64,000 nt of DNA from NCBI GenBank assembly GCA_963662335.2, contig CAXXVD010000002.1, positions 1-64,000 on the forward strand, given 5' to 3'. This document shows, one piece after another, positions 19,007 to 29,898 of this stretch. Positions within the stretch are counted from its first letter, which is position 1; the number at the start of each line of letters is the position of its first letter. This DNA is from Chloroflexota bacterium. GTDB taxonomy: Bacteria; Chloroflexota; UBA11872; VXOZ01. Below the pieces are notes generated by a model that was not told the origin of the DNA, searched no databases, and saw only the letters and a program-made list of their open reading frames with translations. The position numbers were made by a program, and so were the translations under genes.

Positions 19007-20344
19007 TCAAGTTACGGCCAGCGCGCCGCTTGGCTCCGGCCGCACGCCCTGGCGCAGCAGCGCCTGCACGGCGTCCGCCGCCACCTGGAGCGTCCGGTCG
19101 ATGTCGGCATCCGTGTGGGCAAAGCTGACGTGGTTGCGCTTGATGTTCATGGGCAGCAAGAAGACGCCCCGCGCGATGCACTCCTGCCGGTAGCGCACGA
19201 AGAAGTCCGCGTCGTTGCGCAGCAGGTCGGTGAAGTTCCGCGCCGGGCCGTCCATGAAATAGGTGAGGAAGACCGAGCCGAAGCCCTCCACCACGGCCGG
19301 CACGCCGGCGTCCGCCATGATTTCCGTCAGGCCCGCGCGCATGCGGTCGCCCAGGCGGAAGACCTGCTCGTGCACGTCCTGTGTTTCCATGATCTCGATG
19401 GTGGCGAGCGCCGCCACCGTGCCGACGGCGTGGCCGTTGTAGGTGCCGGCAAAGAAGGTGTCGCCGCCGGGCGCGGTGTTGAAGCGCGCCATGATTTCCC
19501 GCTTGCCGCCCACCGCCGCCAGCGGAAAGCCGTTGGCAATGGCCTTTCCCAAGGTGGTGAGGTCCGGCGTGACGCCCGCCACCGCCTGGTAGCCGCCGAG
19601 GCCGTGCCGGAAGCCGGTGATCACCTCGTCGAAAATCAGCACGATACCGTGGTCGTCGCACAGTTCCCGCAGCGCCTCCAGGAAACCCGGCTGGGGGCGC
19701 ACGCAACCGATGTTGTGGGGAATCGGCTCCACGATGATGGCCGCGATTGCGCCCGGATGCGCGGCGATGGTGTCCGCCACCTGGTCGGCGTCGTTGAAGT
19801 CGCAGATCAGCGTGGCGTCGGCAGTCTCTTCCATGATGCCCGCCGAGAGCAGGTCGCGCTTGCCCACCATCTCCGGCGCGCTGATCACGTTGCGCAGCAC
19901 GGCGTCGTGCCAGCCGTGGTAGCAGCCCTGGAATTTTATGATCTTCTCACGGCCGGTGTAGGCGCGGGCGACGCGCAGCGCGTGGAACGTGGCCTCCGAA
20001 CCGGCGTTGGTAAAAAGAACCTGCTCGATTGACGGCACGTGCGCCACGACTTTCTCGGCCAGCGCGATTTCCTGCGGGGTCGCGCCGACGCCGTAGAGGT
20101 CGGTCTCCCACAGGGCGTCTTCCACCCGCTGCACGACCACCGGATGCACGTGGCCCAGGATGAACGGGCCGAAAGCGGCGTGGTAGTCGAGATATTCGTT
20201 GCCGTCGGCGTCCCAGATGCGGGCGCCCTCGGCGCGGGTGAAGACCAGCCGGGGCTCCACGTTGCGGATGGACGTATGCACGCCGCCGGGGGCGTACGCC
20301 TCGGCCGCGGCAAACAGCGCCGCGCTCTGCTCGGTTCGTATCAT
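19007..20344 (-). CDS. Class III PLP aminotransferase (glutamate-1-semialdehyde aminomutase-like)
   Basis: DADGNEYLDY, FQGCYHG, LIFDEVITGFR, LGKAIANG, GTYNG. Confidence 0.9.
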   Translation of the reverse strand: MIRTEQSAALFAAAEAYAPGGVHTSIRNVEPRLVFTRAEGARIWDADGNEYLDYHAAFGPFILGHVHPVVVQRVEDALWETDLYGVGATPQEIALAEKVVAHVPSIEQVLFTNAGSEATFHALRVARAYTGREKIIKFQGCYHGWHDAVLRNVISAPEMVGKRDLLSAGIMEETADATLICDFNDADQVADTIAAHPGAIAAIIVEPIPHNIGCVRPQPGFLEALRELCDDHGIVLIFDEVITGFRHGLGGYQAVAGVTPDLTTLGKAIANGFPLAAVGGKREIMARFNTAPGGDTFFAGTYNGHAVGTVAALATIEIMETQDVHEQVFRLGDRMRAGLTEIMADAGVPAVVEGFGSVFLTYFMDGPARNFTDLLRNDADFFVRYRQECIARGVFLLPMNIKRNHVSFAHTDADIDRTLQVAADAVQALLRQGVRPEPSGALAVT

Positions 20345-20484
20345 TGCTCAACCCTCTTCTTGGATATGCAGTTTTTCTGCGCGAAATCCGCGCATGGCGT
20401 GATTCTATGCGGTGTGAAACGGCAACACGTAGCCCCATGATAGCGGAAACCGCGCGCCCGCATCGTGCGAAGAATCGGAACTCC

Positions 20485-20710
20485 TGTCATTCCGAACGGG
20501 GCACAACGGAGTTCGGCAGCGCCGGCGATCCTCACCTGTCATTCCGAACGGAGCGCAGCGGAGTGAGGAATCTAGGGCGCGCAAATGAGGCAGCCGGTTG
20601 TGGCACGGACACGAGATTCCTCGCTGCGCTCGGAATGACAGCAAGGTCAACTCTGCCTTGTAGGAAGCGGCATCTGTCAACAGGTCATTCAACATCTACA
20701 GGAATGACAG
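20485..20710. repeat. Palindromic repeat cluster (GTCATTCCGA...GAGGAATCT / AGATTCCTCGCTGCGCTCGGAATGAC family)
   Basis: Inverted pair plus degenerate copies; same family at about 43079-43105 and 59910-60016. Confidence 0.75.
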
Positions 20711-20743
20711 TCGCGGTCGGCATACAAGCGGTGAGCGGGCGTA

Positions 20744-21778
20744 TCAGCGAGAGCGCACCACGCGCTCGCGGTCGGCCAGCGGCAGGGGCACGCGCGCGCC
20801 GCTGGCGGCGTGGGAAGCGTAGACCGCCAGCGCGAGTTCCAGGGCGGCGCGGCCGGCGCGGCCGTCCGAACGGCTGGGCCGATCTTCCGCGATGCAGCGC
20901 ACGATCTCTTCCACCGCGCCCTGCATCCCGCTGCGGGGATACGTTACCAGCGGAAAGGGACGCTTGACCATCGTGCGCGTGGCGGAATCGAACGTGAAGA
21001 ACTCGGCGTCGCCATTGCTCAGGCGCAGGCGGCCGGCGGTGCCGATCACGTCAATCTCGAAGACCGGGCCGCTCTGGCCGTCGATGAAGCCCATGGCGCC
21101 GTTCGCAAAGCCCACGACCGCCGTGCCGGCGGCATCCGCGGCCGCGTCGGCCCCGGGCGCAAGACTGCCCGCGACCCAGGCGGCCGGGCTTTGGCTGAAG
21201 AGCAGCAGCGCGTCCAGCCAGTGGCTGCCGGTGTGCAGCAGCCCGCCGGCAAAGTGGGCCGAGACGGTGCGCACGCTGCCGATGCGGCCGTCTTGGAGCA
21301 GGCCGAGCGCCGTTTCGTAGAACGGGTCCCAGCGCCGGGTGTGGTTTATCGCCAGCTTGACGTTGTGCGCGTCGCAGGCCGCAATCATGGCGTCCGCCTC
21401 GGCGAGGCTCGCGGCCATGGCTTTCTCGCAGAAGACCGCCTTCACGCCCGCTTGCGCCGCCGCCAGCGTCACCGGCGCGTGCAACGGCGCGTGGGTGCAG
21501 ACGCTGACGATGTCCAGACATTCGTTTGCCAGCATCTCCTCATAGTCAGTGTAGGCCGTGATAGCGCCAAACACCGGCTGCCATTGTTCAAGATACGCCG
21601 CGGTCTTCTCCGGCTCCACGTCGGCTACGGCGCACACGCGCGTCTGGGGCACGGCAGCGTAGGCGTGCGTGTGGGAATAGGGCAGCAACATGCGCCCGGC
21701 GTAGCCGGCCACTTCTTCCTGGATGCTGCTCGCGACGCGGCCCAGGCCGACAATGCCGACGCGATATGTGGCTGACAC
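20744..21778 (-). CDS. Gfo/Idh/MocA family oxidoreductase
   Basis: VGIVGLG, DIVSVCT, VFCEKAM, GSHWLD; GTG start after AGGAGG. Confidence 0.9.
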   Translation of the reverse strand: MSATYRVGIVGLGRVASSIQEEVAGYAGRMLLPYSHTHAYAAVPQTRVCAVADVEPEKTAAYLEQWQPVFGAITAYTDYEEMLANECLDIVSVCTHAPLHAPVTLAAAQAGVKAVFCEKAMAASLAEADAMIAACDAHNVKLAINHTRRWDPFYETALGLLQDGRIGSVRTVSAHFAGGLLHTGSHWLDALLLFSQSPAAWVAGSLAPGADAAADAAGTAVVGFANGAMGFIDGQSGPVFEIDVIGTAGRLRLSNGDAEFFTFDSATRTMVKRPFPLVTYPRSGMQGAVEEIVRCIAEDRPSRSDGRAGRAALELALAVYASHAASGARVPLPLADRERVVRSR

Positions 21779-21997
21779 CGGTGGTGATCCTCCTACGAGT
21801 CTTGCAGAAGCCGACGCCCATTTCACAATAGTGTACCGCAAGGGGCAAAGTCGTGGCGGACGAAAGTCCCGCTGTTGGTTGCACGCGCTCCTGACCGCTA
21901 GCCCCAAGCGGCGGCAAACGGCTACAATGTGGAAGACTTGAGGCGCGGCTTCACCGGGGGCCGCCTGTCGGCAACGCAAGGAATCAGCGGCGCACCC

Positions 21998-22882
21998 ATG
22001 TTCCCCGAACGAGCCAAGACACCGCTAACGTCTCTCCGCATTGGCCTGGCGCAGATCAATCCGCACCTGGGCGACGTGGCGCGCAACTTGCAGAAGCACC
22101 TGGACTTCATCGCCCAGGCGGAAGCGCAGGGTGCAGATCTGGCGCTCTTCCCGGAGCTTTCGCTGCACGGCTATTTCCTGGAAGACCTGGTGGCGGAAAC
22201 CGCCTGCCGCCTGGACGATCCGCGCCTGGCGCCAATCCTCGCCGCCAGTGAACGCCTGAGCCTGCTCTTCGGCATGGTGGAAGAATCCGCCGACCACCGC
22301 TTCTACAATAGCGCCGTCTACGTGGAAGGCGGGCAGGTGCGCCACGTGCACCGCAAGGTGTATCTGGCCACGTACGGCATGTTCGACGAGGGCCGCTACC
22401 TGGCGGCCGGCGAGCATCTGCGCGCTTTCGACACGCGCTTTGGCCGCCTGAGCGCGCTGATTTGCGAGGACTTCTGGCATCCCTCGGCGGTGAGCGTCGT
22501 CCACGCCGACGGCGCCGACCTGATCCTGGGCATCTCCAGCGGCCCCGGACGCGGCGTCTCCGGCGAATCCCAAGACCTGCGCAGCGCGCAGACCTGGCAC
22601 AACCTCAACAATCTCTACGCCCGCATGTGCACCAGCTACGTGGTGTACTGCAACCGCGTCGGCTATGAAGACGGCGTCAACTTTTGGGGCGGTTCCGAGG
22701 TGGTCGGCCCGGACGGCAGCGTGATTGTGCGCGCGCCGTACTTCGAAGAGACGCTGGTAACGGCGGAGATTTCGGCTGACGCCCTGCGCCGCCAGCGGTC
22801 GCTGCTGCCGCTGCTGCGCGACGAACGGCTGGACCTCACGTATCGTGAACTGCGCCGCATCTACCGCGAGCGCTACGCATGA
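21998..22882 (+). CDS. Carbon-nitrogen hydrolase (probable glutaminase subunit for NadE)
   Basis: E-K-C triad FPEL / HRKVYL / ICEDFW; ATGA overlap with nadE. Confidence 0.88.
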   Translation: MFPERAKTPLTSLRIGLAQINPHLGDVARNLQKHLDFIAQAEAQGADLALFPELSLHGYFLEDLVAETACRLDDPRLAPILAASERLSLLFGMVEESADHRFYNSAVYVEGGQVRHVHRKVYLATYGMFDEGRYLAAGEHLRAFDTRFGRLSALICEDFWHPSAVSVVHADGADLILGISSGPGRGVSGESQDLRSAQTWHNLNNLYARMCTSYVVYCNRVGYEDGVNFWGGSEVVGPDGSVIVRAPYFEETLVTAEISADALRRQRSLLPLLRDERLDLTYRELRRIYRERYA

Positions 22883-23739
22883 AAACGGACGCGCACACCG
22901 ACCTTATCGCCAAAGCGCGCGCCGCGCTCGACCTCAACCTGCCGCTCACGGAACAAATCCTGCACAGCTTCATTCGCAACGAGGTGCAGAAGTTCGGCTT
23001 TGAGCGCGCGGTGCTGAATCTCTCCGGCGGCATCGACTCCGCGCTCTCCGCCTACCTGGCGGCCGGGGCGTTGGGGCCGGAAAACGTGCTGGCGCTGTTG
23101 CTGCCGTACCGCGAGTCCAATCCCGACAGCCGCGGCGACGCCGAGGCCGTGGTAGCGGCATTGGGGATTCCCGCCAAGCTCATCGAGATTACGCCGCTGG
23201 TAGACCCCTACTTTGGCGAGTTTGCGGAGATGGACGCGAAACGGCGCGGCAACGTGATGGCGCGGGCGCGCATGATCGTGCTCTACGACCAGTCGGTAGC
23301 GTTCGGCAGCCTGCCCCTGGGCACGAGCAACAAAACGGAACTGCTGCTGGGCTATAGCACCCTCCACGGCGACATGGCGAGCGCCGTAAACCCCATCGGC
23401 GACCTCTATAAGACCCAGGTGCGGCAATTGTCCCGCCATTTGGAGGTTCCGGAAGCAGTTATACAGAAACCGCCGAGCGCCGACCTGTGGCCGGGGCAGT
23501 CGGACGAGAGCGAACTGGGCTTTGCGTATGCGGACGTGGACCACGTGCTCTACCTGCTGGTGGACGAGCGCTACCGTCCCGAAGAACTGATTGCGGCCGG
23601 CTTCGCGCGGGAGTTCGTGGAACGGGTGGCGCGGGTGGTGCAGGCGATGCAGTACAAGCGGCGGCCGCCCATCATCGCCAAGCTCTCCCAACGCACCATC
23701 GAGCGCGACTTCCGCTACCCGCGTGACTGGGGGCGCTAG
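22879..23739 (+). CDS. nadE: NAD+ synthetase
   Basis: [36 protein letters not shown]. Confidence 0.95.
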   Translation: MKTDAHTDLIAKARAALDLNLPLTEQILHSFIRNEVQKFGFERAVLNLSGGIDSALSAYLAAGALGPENVLALLLPYRESNPDSRGDAEAVVAALGIPAKLIEITPLVDPYFGEFAEMDAKRRGNVMARARMIVLYDQSVAFGSLPLGTSNKTELLLGYSTLHGDMASAVNPIGDLYKTQVRQLSRHLEVPEAVIQKPPSADLWPGQSDESELGFAYADVDHVLYLLVDERYRPEELIAAGFAREFVERVARVVQAMQYKRRPPIIAKLSQRTIERDFRYPRDWGR

Positions 23740-23750
23740 AGAGGCCGTCC

Positions 23751-23975
23751 GTCATTCCCGCTTTCGCGGGAATCGCCATGGCCGTCTGCCGGCCACACAA
23801 GGGAATGAAAACGCACGCACATCTCTCCGTTCATACTTCGACAAGGGCTTCGCGCAGCCCTCAGCACGAACGGAGAGATGTGCGTGCGGAGTTGCTAAAC
23901 GCTCAGTCCGCCGTTCACCCTTCGACGTTGCTCACGGCGAACGGCTCGGTTGCGGCTATTTTCATGGCAGTGACG
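23751..23975. repeat. Nested palindromic repeat/MITE-like region
   Basis: GTCATTCCCGCTTTCGCGGGAATC plus two degenerate CCCTTCGAC..GCTCA..GCGAACGG units. Confidence 0.65.
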
Positions 23976-24093
23976 GACAAGAAGCCGGGCGCGGCAATGT
24001 CCATTGAAATGCGGTGAGCGCAGTTCCCAGCGGCAGCGCTCGCGCGCGGCGTTTCAGGAAAAGAAAACAGGTAAGAGGGACGCAACAGACGCG

Positions 24094-24774
24094 ATGCCCG
24101 GTACGCTCTACGTGGTGGCGACACCCATCGGCAACCTTGAAGACATCACCCTGCGCGCGGTGCGCATCCTGCGGGAAGTGGACGTGATTGCCGCCGAGGA
24201 CACGCGCCACACCCGCAAGCTGCTGGCGCACCTGGACATCCACACGCCGCTCACCGGCTTCCACGCCCATAGCAACACAAGCCGCTTGGAGCGCATTCTC
24301 CGCAGACTGGCGGAAGGCAAGAGCGTGGCGCTGGTCACGGATGCCGGCACGCCGGGGATTGCCGACCCCGGCCAGCCGCTCATCGCCGCCGCCGTGGCGC
24401 AAGGGATCCCGGTTATTCCCGTGCCCGGCCCGACCGCGGCGGCCGCCACAGTGTCGATTGCCGGTTTTCCGGGGAGCATGTTCTGCTTCCTGGGCTTCCT
24501 GCCGCGCCGTGCGTCTCGGCGCAAGCGCCTGCTTGAGAGCGTGGCCGACCTGCCGTTCACGCTCGTCATCTATGCCTCGCCGTACCGCTTGGTGGACGAC
24601 CTGGAAGCGTGTCATGCGTGCTTGGGCGATAGAGAGGTCGTGGTTGCCCGCGAACTGACCAAACTCCACGAAGAGACGCTGCGCGGCACGCTGGCGGAGA
24701 CGATTGCGCACTTTCAAGAACATGAGCCGCGCGGCGAGTTTACGCTGGCGGTACGGGCTGTGAGCGTGCGCTAA
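24094..24774 (+). CDS. rsmI: 16S rRNA C1402 2'-O-methyltransferase
   Basis: LYVVATPIGNLEDIT, AEDTR, DAGTPGIADPG, RELTKLHEE, RGEF. Confidence 0.95.
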   Translation: MPGTLYVVATPIGNLEDITLRAVRILREVDVIAAEDTRHTRKLLAHLDIHTPLTGFHAHSNTSRLERILRRLAEGKSVALVTDAGTPGIADPGQPLIAAAVAQGIPVIPVPGPTAAAATVSIAGFPGSMFCFLGFLPRRASRRKRLLESVADLPFTLVIYASPYRLVDDLEACHACLGDREVVVARELTKLHEETLRGTLAETIAHFQEHEPRGEFTLAVRAVSVR

Positions 24775-24834
24775 CGGGCGTATAATTCACGGTGAGCGCT
24801 CGCGGTGCAGCCGCACCGGGGCCTGGGCGTCATC

Positions 24835-25050
24835 TCCGTCACTCCGGCGTAGACCGGAGTCCAGGGTGGGCGGAGCAAGTGGATTTGGTTCTCTCGTTCG
24901 TGCTGAGCTTGTCGAAGCATGAACGGAGGGGAGGGCGCGCGCGGCCAGGGATCTGCTTCACGCAGCCGTTCACCCTTCGACGAGGCTCAGGGCGAACGGC
25001 GTGCGCAAGGGATTAATGCGACAGCATTGGGACAAGCCCCCACGCTACGT
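24835..25050. repeat. REP-like cluster
   Basis: GTTCGTGCTGAGCTTGTCGAAGCATGAAC, CCCTTCGACGAGGCTCAGGGCGAACGG and TAATGCGACAGCATTGGGACAAGCCCCCACGCTAC. Confidence 0.7.
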
Positions 25051-25113
25051 TGCTGAATTGGTTACTTTTTATGGTGACAACGCTTACGACAAAGATGGAT
25101 AGGAGCACCACCC

Positions 25114-26349
25114 ATGTCTGACAAACTTGCCCGCGACAGCGGCGCGCCGGTGCGCACCGCCCCCTTTCCCGCCTGGCCGGTCTGGGACGGCGCGGACGAG
25201 AAAGCGCTGTTGGCGGCATTGCGCTCCGGCGTGTGGGGACGCAACGCGGGCGCGCAGGTAGCGGCGTTCGAGGAAGAATTCGCGGCCTTTCAGGGCACGC
25301 AGCACTGCATCGCGGTGGTAAACGGCACCTGCGCCCTGGAACTCGGCCTGCGCGTGCTGGACGTGGGGTTCGGCGACGAGGTGATTTGTCCGTCGTACAC
25401 GTTCGTCGCCACGCCGGCCGCGCCGCTCTTCCTGGGCGCGCTGCCGGTCTTTGCCGACGTCGACCCGGACACGTTCGAACTCGACCCCGCCGACGTAGAG
25501 GCCGCGATTACGCCGCGCACCAAAGCCATCATCCCGGTGCACATCGCCGGCCAGCCGCCGGACATGGACGGCATCCTGGCGGTGGCGCGGAAACACGAAC
25601 TGCGCGTGCTGGAAGACGCGGCCCAGGCCCACGGCGCGGCCTGGCGCGGCCAGGGCGCGGGCGGCATCGGCGATCTCGGCAGTTTCAGCTTCCAATCGAG
25701 CAAGAACCTGAACTGCGGCGAGGGCGGCGCGATTTGCACCAACGACCGGGAACTGGCCGAGCTGGCGTGGTCGCTGATGAACGTGGGCCGCCTGCGGGAA
25801 GGCGCCTGGTACCAGCACGAGCGCCTGGGCTGGAACTACCGCCTGAGCGAGTTTCACGGCGCGGTGCTGCGGGCGCAACTTACCCGCGTGCCGGAACAGA
25901 TGGCAACGCGCGAGGCCAACGCCCGCTATCTGGATACCCACCTGGCGGCCATACCCGGCATCACGCCCCAACACCGTCCGCCGGCGGTAACCGGTCACGC
26001 CCACCACCTCTACATGCTGCGCTACGACCAAACGGCCTTTGGCGGCCATGACCGTGCCGCCTTCATCCAGGCGCTCAACGCGGAGGGCATCCCCTGCTCG
26101 CCGGGCTACGATTGGCCCTGCCACGAGCAGAACGCGGTGAAGAATTCGGTGCGCGACATCCTGCAAAAGCTCGGCCGCACGGACGATCCGCTCGACCGCC
26201 CCTTGCCCAACACCGACCGCATCGCCCACGAAGAAGGCGTCTGGCTGCCCCAAAGCGCGCTGCTGGCGGAAGAGGCGGACATGCGGCAGATTGTGGACGC
26301 GGTGGCCAAGGTGCAACGGGCGTTTAGCCTGGCTCGCGCCGCAACGTAG
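25114..26349 (+). CDS. DegT/DnrJ/EryC1/StrS PLP aminotransferase (AHBA synthase-like)
   Basis: NGTCAL, YTFVAT, EDAAQAHGA, FSFQSSKNLNCGEGG, GWNYR. Confidence 0.92.
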   Translation: MSDKLARDSGAPVRTAPFPAWPVWDGADEKALLAALRSGVWGRNAGAQVAAFEEEFAAFQGTQHCIAVVNGTCALELGLRVLDVGFGDEVICPSYTFVATPAAPLFLGALPVFADVDPDTFELDPADVEAAITPRTKAIIPVHIAGQPPDMDGILAVARKHELRVLEDAAQAHGAAWRGQGAGGIGDLGSFSFQSSKNLNCGEGGAICTNDRELAELAWSLMNVGRLREGAWYQHERLGWNYRLSEFHGAVLRAQLTRVPEQMATREANARYLDTHLAAIPGITPQHRPPAVTGHAHHLYMLRYDQTAFGGHDRAAFIQALNAEGIPCSPGYDWPCHEQNAVKNSVRDILQKLGRTDDPLDRPLPNTDRIAHEEGVWLPQSALLAEEADMRQIVDAVAKVQRAFSLARAAT

Positions 26350-26390
26350 GACGGGGGCCTGCTTTCCCACTCCGCGTAACGCGCTCAGTC

Positions 26391-26860
26391 GTAGCGCGGG
26401 GGCTTGTCCCCCGCTCCGCGTAACGTGCCCAGTCGTGGCGCGGGGGCTTGTCCCCCGCCTCTGCCGCCGCGCCTCTCCCGTTCGCGCTGAGCCTGTCGAA
26501 GCGCAAGCGGGGGCGGGTTGCGCTCTTTGACTAACCTTCCATCCGCGCCGTTCACCCTTCGACATCGCTCAAGGCGAACGGCTTGAGCGGCTGCCTGCGC
26601 CGTAGCGCGGGGGCTTGTCCCTGCTGCTGTCGCACTAAACATGACGACGGCAGTACTCGCGTCCAAAATTTCCGGTAGCGCAGGTTTGTAACCTGCGAAG
26701 TTGCTAGGCCAACCCTTTTCGCGTCAGTTTCAATGGCTCCGGCGGGGGACAAGCCCCCGCGCTACTCTAATGCGACACCATTGGGGATCGTCCCCCGCTT
26801 TTCTTGAGATTGCGCGCCAGGCTTCAAAGATGGATTCCCGCTTGCGCGGGAATGACGGAT
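26391..26860. repeat. Large mixed REP cluster including a composite ~165-bp element (26602-26765)
   Basis: At least four palindrome families between convergent genes. Confidence 0.85.
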
Positions 26861-26883
26861 TATCTCGTGGACTGTCAACACCT

Positions 26884-27927
26884 CTAACCCGCACTCAGCA
26901 CAAACTCAGCGCCGTCCGCAACCGCCGCGGTCCAGACCAGCGTGCCGTCCTTCATCTGGGCCGGAATAGCGCCGCCATTTACGGTGCCGTTGCGCCAGGG
27001 AGTTTGGGCGCGGAAGGTCAGTGCGCGGGCGGTCACGTCGTCGCGCAGGCCGTTTAGGTTCACGGTGAGCGTGGCGCGGTCGGCGCCGTTTGCCGTGACC
27101 GTCAGCGCGGCGGCGCGGCGCAGCAGCGTGTATTCCACCACCTCTTCCGGCACGGTGGCCCAGAGGTCGTTGCCCCACAGCGCGCGCACCTCGCGCAGGC
27201 GGGCGTCCAGGATGGCCGGGGTCATGCAGCGGTTCCAGAGGCTGGGACCGTTGGCCGCGGGTAGGCGGTCCACCACGATGTGGGAGATGTCCACGAGCCA
27301 TTTACCGCGCGTATTTTCTTGCGTCAACTCATGCAAGAAGGCGTCGCGGGTGTGGCGATACGTCGAGGCCGCCGGCTCCCGCAGCCAGCCGTCCATGTCG
27401 CGCCCGATGGTGTGGCGCATGATGTCCCATTCGTCATATTCGGACGTATTCCAGGGGTAGCCGATGCTCAACATCCCCTGGTAGCCGGCCTCTTTCGCCA
27501 CGGGCAGAATCCGGTCGGCGATGCGCAGGTTGCCCCAGTAGGCAAAGAGCCGCACGGGCGCGCCGGTCGCCTTCTCCAGTTCCCATTTGCTCAGGCGCAC
27601 TTCCAGGTCCAGGTCGATGCCGTCCTGGTCGGTGGGCACGTGGGTGTGGGAATGGCTGCTGATCGTCCAGCCCTTGTTTATGAGGAAGCGCAACTGTTCC
27701 GGATTCATATAGAAGACCTCGCGCATGGAGGTGCCGCGCACCAGGCGCTGCTGTCCCAGGTGCCCGCTCACGGTGCAGATGTGCCCCGGTATGCCGTGCT
27801 CCTCATGGATGGGAAAGGAGTTCACGATGGCGTCCAGGGTGCCTTCGTCGTAGGTCATGGAGTAGACGAACTGGGCGTCGTACTTCCAGGGAGCAATGTC
27901 TACTCGAATCTCGGGCTGATTGTTCAC
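26884..27927 (-). CDS. Polysaccharide deacetylase (NodB)-like protein
   Basis: YSMTYDEG, GWTISSHSHTH, FAYW, LWATVPEEV; GTG start after AAGGAG. Confidence 0.75.
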   Translation of the reverse strand: MNNQPEIRVDIAPWKYDAQFVYSMTYDEGTLDAIVNSFPIHEEHGIPGHICTVSGHLGQQRLVRGTSMREVFYMNPEQLRFLINKGWTISSHSHTHVPTDQDGIDLDLEVRLSKWELEKATGAPVRLFAYWGNLRIADRILPVAKEAGYQGMLSIGYPWNTSEYDEWDIMRHTIGRDMDGWLREPAASTYRHTRDAFLHELTQENTRGKWLVDISHIVVDRLPAANGPSLWNRCMTPAILDARLREVRALWGNDLWATVPEEVVEYTLLRRAAALTVTANGADRATLTVNLNGLRDDVTARALTFRAQTPWRNGTVNGGAIPAQMKDGTLVWTAAVADGAEFVLSAG

Positions 27928-27999
27928 CGCAAATCTCCTTCTGTCTGCAAGCGACATGCCGGTCTTGCACAAGACTTTGTTGAGGCCTGTGATCTCCTC

Positions 28000-28872
28000 T
28001 TATGCGCCGGAATGGTTGATAGTCTCCGAGAGGAACTCCCGCAGGGCGTGTGCCGTGGCCTCCGGCTGCTCGATCCACGGCTCGTGTCCGGCCCGTGGCA
28101 CGGTAACGTGCCGGCTGTCCGGTATGAGTTGGGCGATGTTGGCGCGCGCCCACCGCGGCCGCGGATCTGCCGCGCCGTCCAAGACAAGCGTGGGTACCGT
28201 GAGCCGACGGACCTGCGCCGGGAGCTCTCCCATCTCTTCCATGTGGTTCAACTCGTCATTGATGGCAGCGTTCAGCGTGTAGTTGATAGGGAACCGGTCA
28301 TAGCGGGGAACAGCGTCGAGCGCGGTCACGTCGTAGTACTCCGTCGCTGCAAGCAAGGCGGAACGTTCTTGATTGATGCACGCTCGTTCAGCCCCAGAAG
28401 CAGTATGCCGACGCTCATTAAGATAGCGGAAGCGCTTGCGTTTGTCGGCAGGCATCTTTGCTTCACGATTCCTGCGATATTCTTGGTGCCAGGCGGGATC
28501 GATCCCCGTACCGGAGATATACGCCAAGCGGCTGATGCGCCGGGGGCGCTCGATGGCATACAGGAGAGCAAGCATCGCACCCCAAGAATGACCGATGACT
28601 GTCCACGTCTCGTAGCCCCAGTATGCGCGCAGGGCATCAAGATCGGCGACGAAGGTCGCCACGTCGTAAGGGTCTTTGTCCTGCGAGCGGCCGCCTCCGC
28701 GTTGGTCGTACCGGTGTATGGCGGCCAGATCGTCGAGCATGGCAGCGACAGGTTCCAGGTTGTCGTATGCCCCCGGCCCACCGTGACAGAGCACAACCGG
28801 CGGCCCATTGCCCTGCGTCGCCGTCCACAGTGAAACTCCATTTGCTGTGACGTGCCGCTCGGCAATGGGCAT
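28000..28872 (-). CDS. Alpha/beta hydrolase (proline iminopeptidase-like)
   Basis: HGGPG, YDQRGGGRS, GHSWG, AGHEPW. Confidence 0.9.
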   Translation of the reverse strand: MPIAERHVTANGVSLWTATQGNGPPVVLCHGGPGAYDNLEPVAAMLDDLAAIHRYDQRGGGRSQDKDPYDVATFVADLDALRAYWGYETWTVIGHSWGAMLALLYAIERPRRISRLAYISGTGIDPAWHQEYRRNREAKMPADKRKRFRYLNERRHTASGAERACINQERSALLAATEYYDVTALDAVPRYDRFPINYTLNAAINDELNHMEEMGELPAQVRRLTVPTLVLDGAADPRPRWARANIAQLIPDSRHVTVPRAGHEPWIEQPEATAHALREFLSETINHSGA

Positions 28873-28905
28873 AGCACTGCTCTCTGGGGGTAGTACACAG
28901 GCATT

Positions 28906-29898
28906 CTACACTGAATCGTCTGCGCTCCCGCAGGCGCGTAGGACCGTCTCCTGCGTGACGTAGTCGTGCTCTTTCGTGTAGGGAAACTCCATCTCGCCGC
29001 GGATGCAGGCGGCCAGTTCCACCAGGTCGCGCTCGTAGCGGGGGACGTTCTCGAACGGCACGTCCTGCCAGCCGGCCTGAAAGCCGCCGCGCGGCTCGTT
29101 GAGGAAGAGGCGGCCCGCCGGCGGTTCCAGAGGCGTCAGGACGATGCTGCCCGCGCTGCCGCACACGGCGAAGTGACGCCGGTCCGACGACCCCTGCTCC
29201 AGCAGCGAACTCTCGATGATGCCCACTGCCTGCTCGTATTCCAGCACGGCCACGGTGTTATCCGACATGGCAACGTCGTAAGCGTGGCCGTCATGGCGCA
29301 GGAAGGGCGTGACCTTCTGCGGCCGGCCCATTATCAGCGTGAGCATGTCCAGCAAGTGGCAGCCCAGTTCCAGCATGATGCCGCCCGGATAGTGTGACAA
29401 ACGCTCGCGGGTGGCCGGATCGCTGGCGGAGTTGATGCCGCCGCGCGCATAGTGCACCTCGCCCAGCCAGCCTTCGCGCACCGCCCGCCGCACCAGGTTG
29501 AAGCCGGGATTGTAGCGGAACATGTAGCCCATCTGGATGATGAGGTCCTGCCGCGCGGCGTCGTCGAGCAGCGCGCGCCAGCGGGGCAGATCCATGCCGG
29601 CCGGTTTGTCGAGATGGATGTGCTTGCCGGCGGCGATCACCTGCTCCCCCAGCGGCAGCAGTTGCGGCACCTCGCTCTCCACCGCGATCATCTGAATGGT
29701 AGGGTCGCCAAGCACGTCATCTTCGTCAAGCCAGCGCAGGCCCTGCCAGTCGGCCTCCTGCTGCCGTTGCGCGCGCCAGGCGGCGTCCGGCTCGCAGACG
29801 CCCACCAGTTCCCACTCGGGAAAGTTGCGCAGCACGTTGAGTTTGCCCAGCGCGTGCGAATGCCCCGTGCCAAGCACCGCGCAGCGAATTGGATCCAC
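28906..29898 (-). CDS. Gfo/Idh/MocA family oxidoreductase
   Basis: GTGHSHA, GKHIHLDKP, GYMFRYNP, ELGCHLLD. Confidence 0.88.
   Translation of the reverse strand: MDPIRCAVLGTGHSHALGKLNVLRNFPEWELVGVCEPDAAWRAQRQQEADWQGLRWLDEDDVLGDPTIQMIAVESEVPQLLPLGEQVIAAGKHIHLDKPAGMDLPRWRALLDDAARQDLIIQMGYMFRYNPGFNLVRRAVREGWLGEVHYARGGINSASDPATRERLSHYPGGIMLELGCHLLDMLTLIMGRPQKVTPFLRHDGHAYDVAMSDNTVAVLEYEQAVGIIESSLLEQGSSDRRHFAVCGSAGSIVLTPLEPPAGRLFLNEPRGGFQAGWQDVPFENVPRYERDLVELAACIRGEMEFPYTKEHDYVTQETVLRACGSADDSV

Noticed and set aside
19007-20344. Calling this gene hemL
   Set aside because: The family is clear, but there is no heme-pathway context and GSA-like paralogues are common, so orthology cannot be shown.
19007-26349. 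Secondary-metabolite (AHBA/aminoglycoside) biosynthetic cluster
   Set aside because: The aminotransferases and oxidoreductases are scattered in mixed orientation among housekeeping genes, with no synthase, glycosyltransferase or PKS/NRPS.
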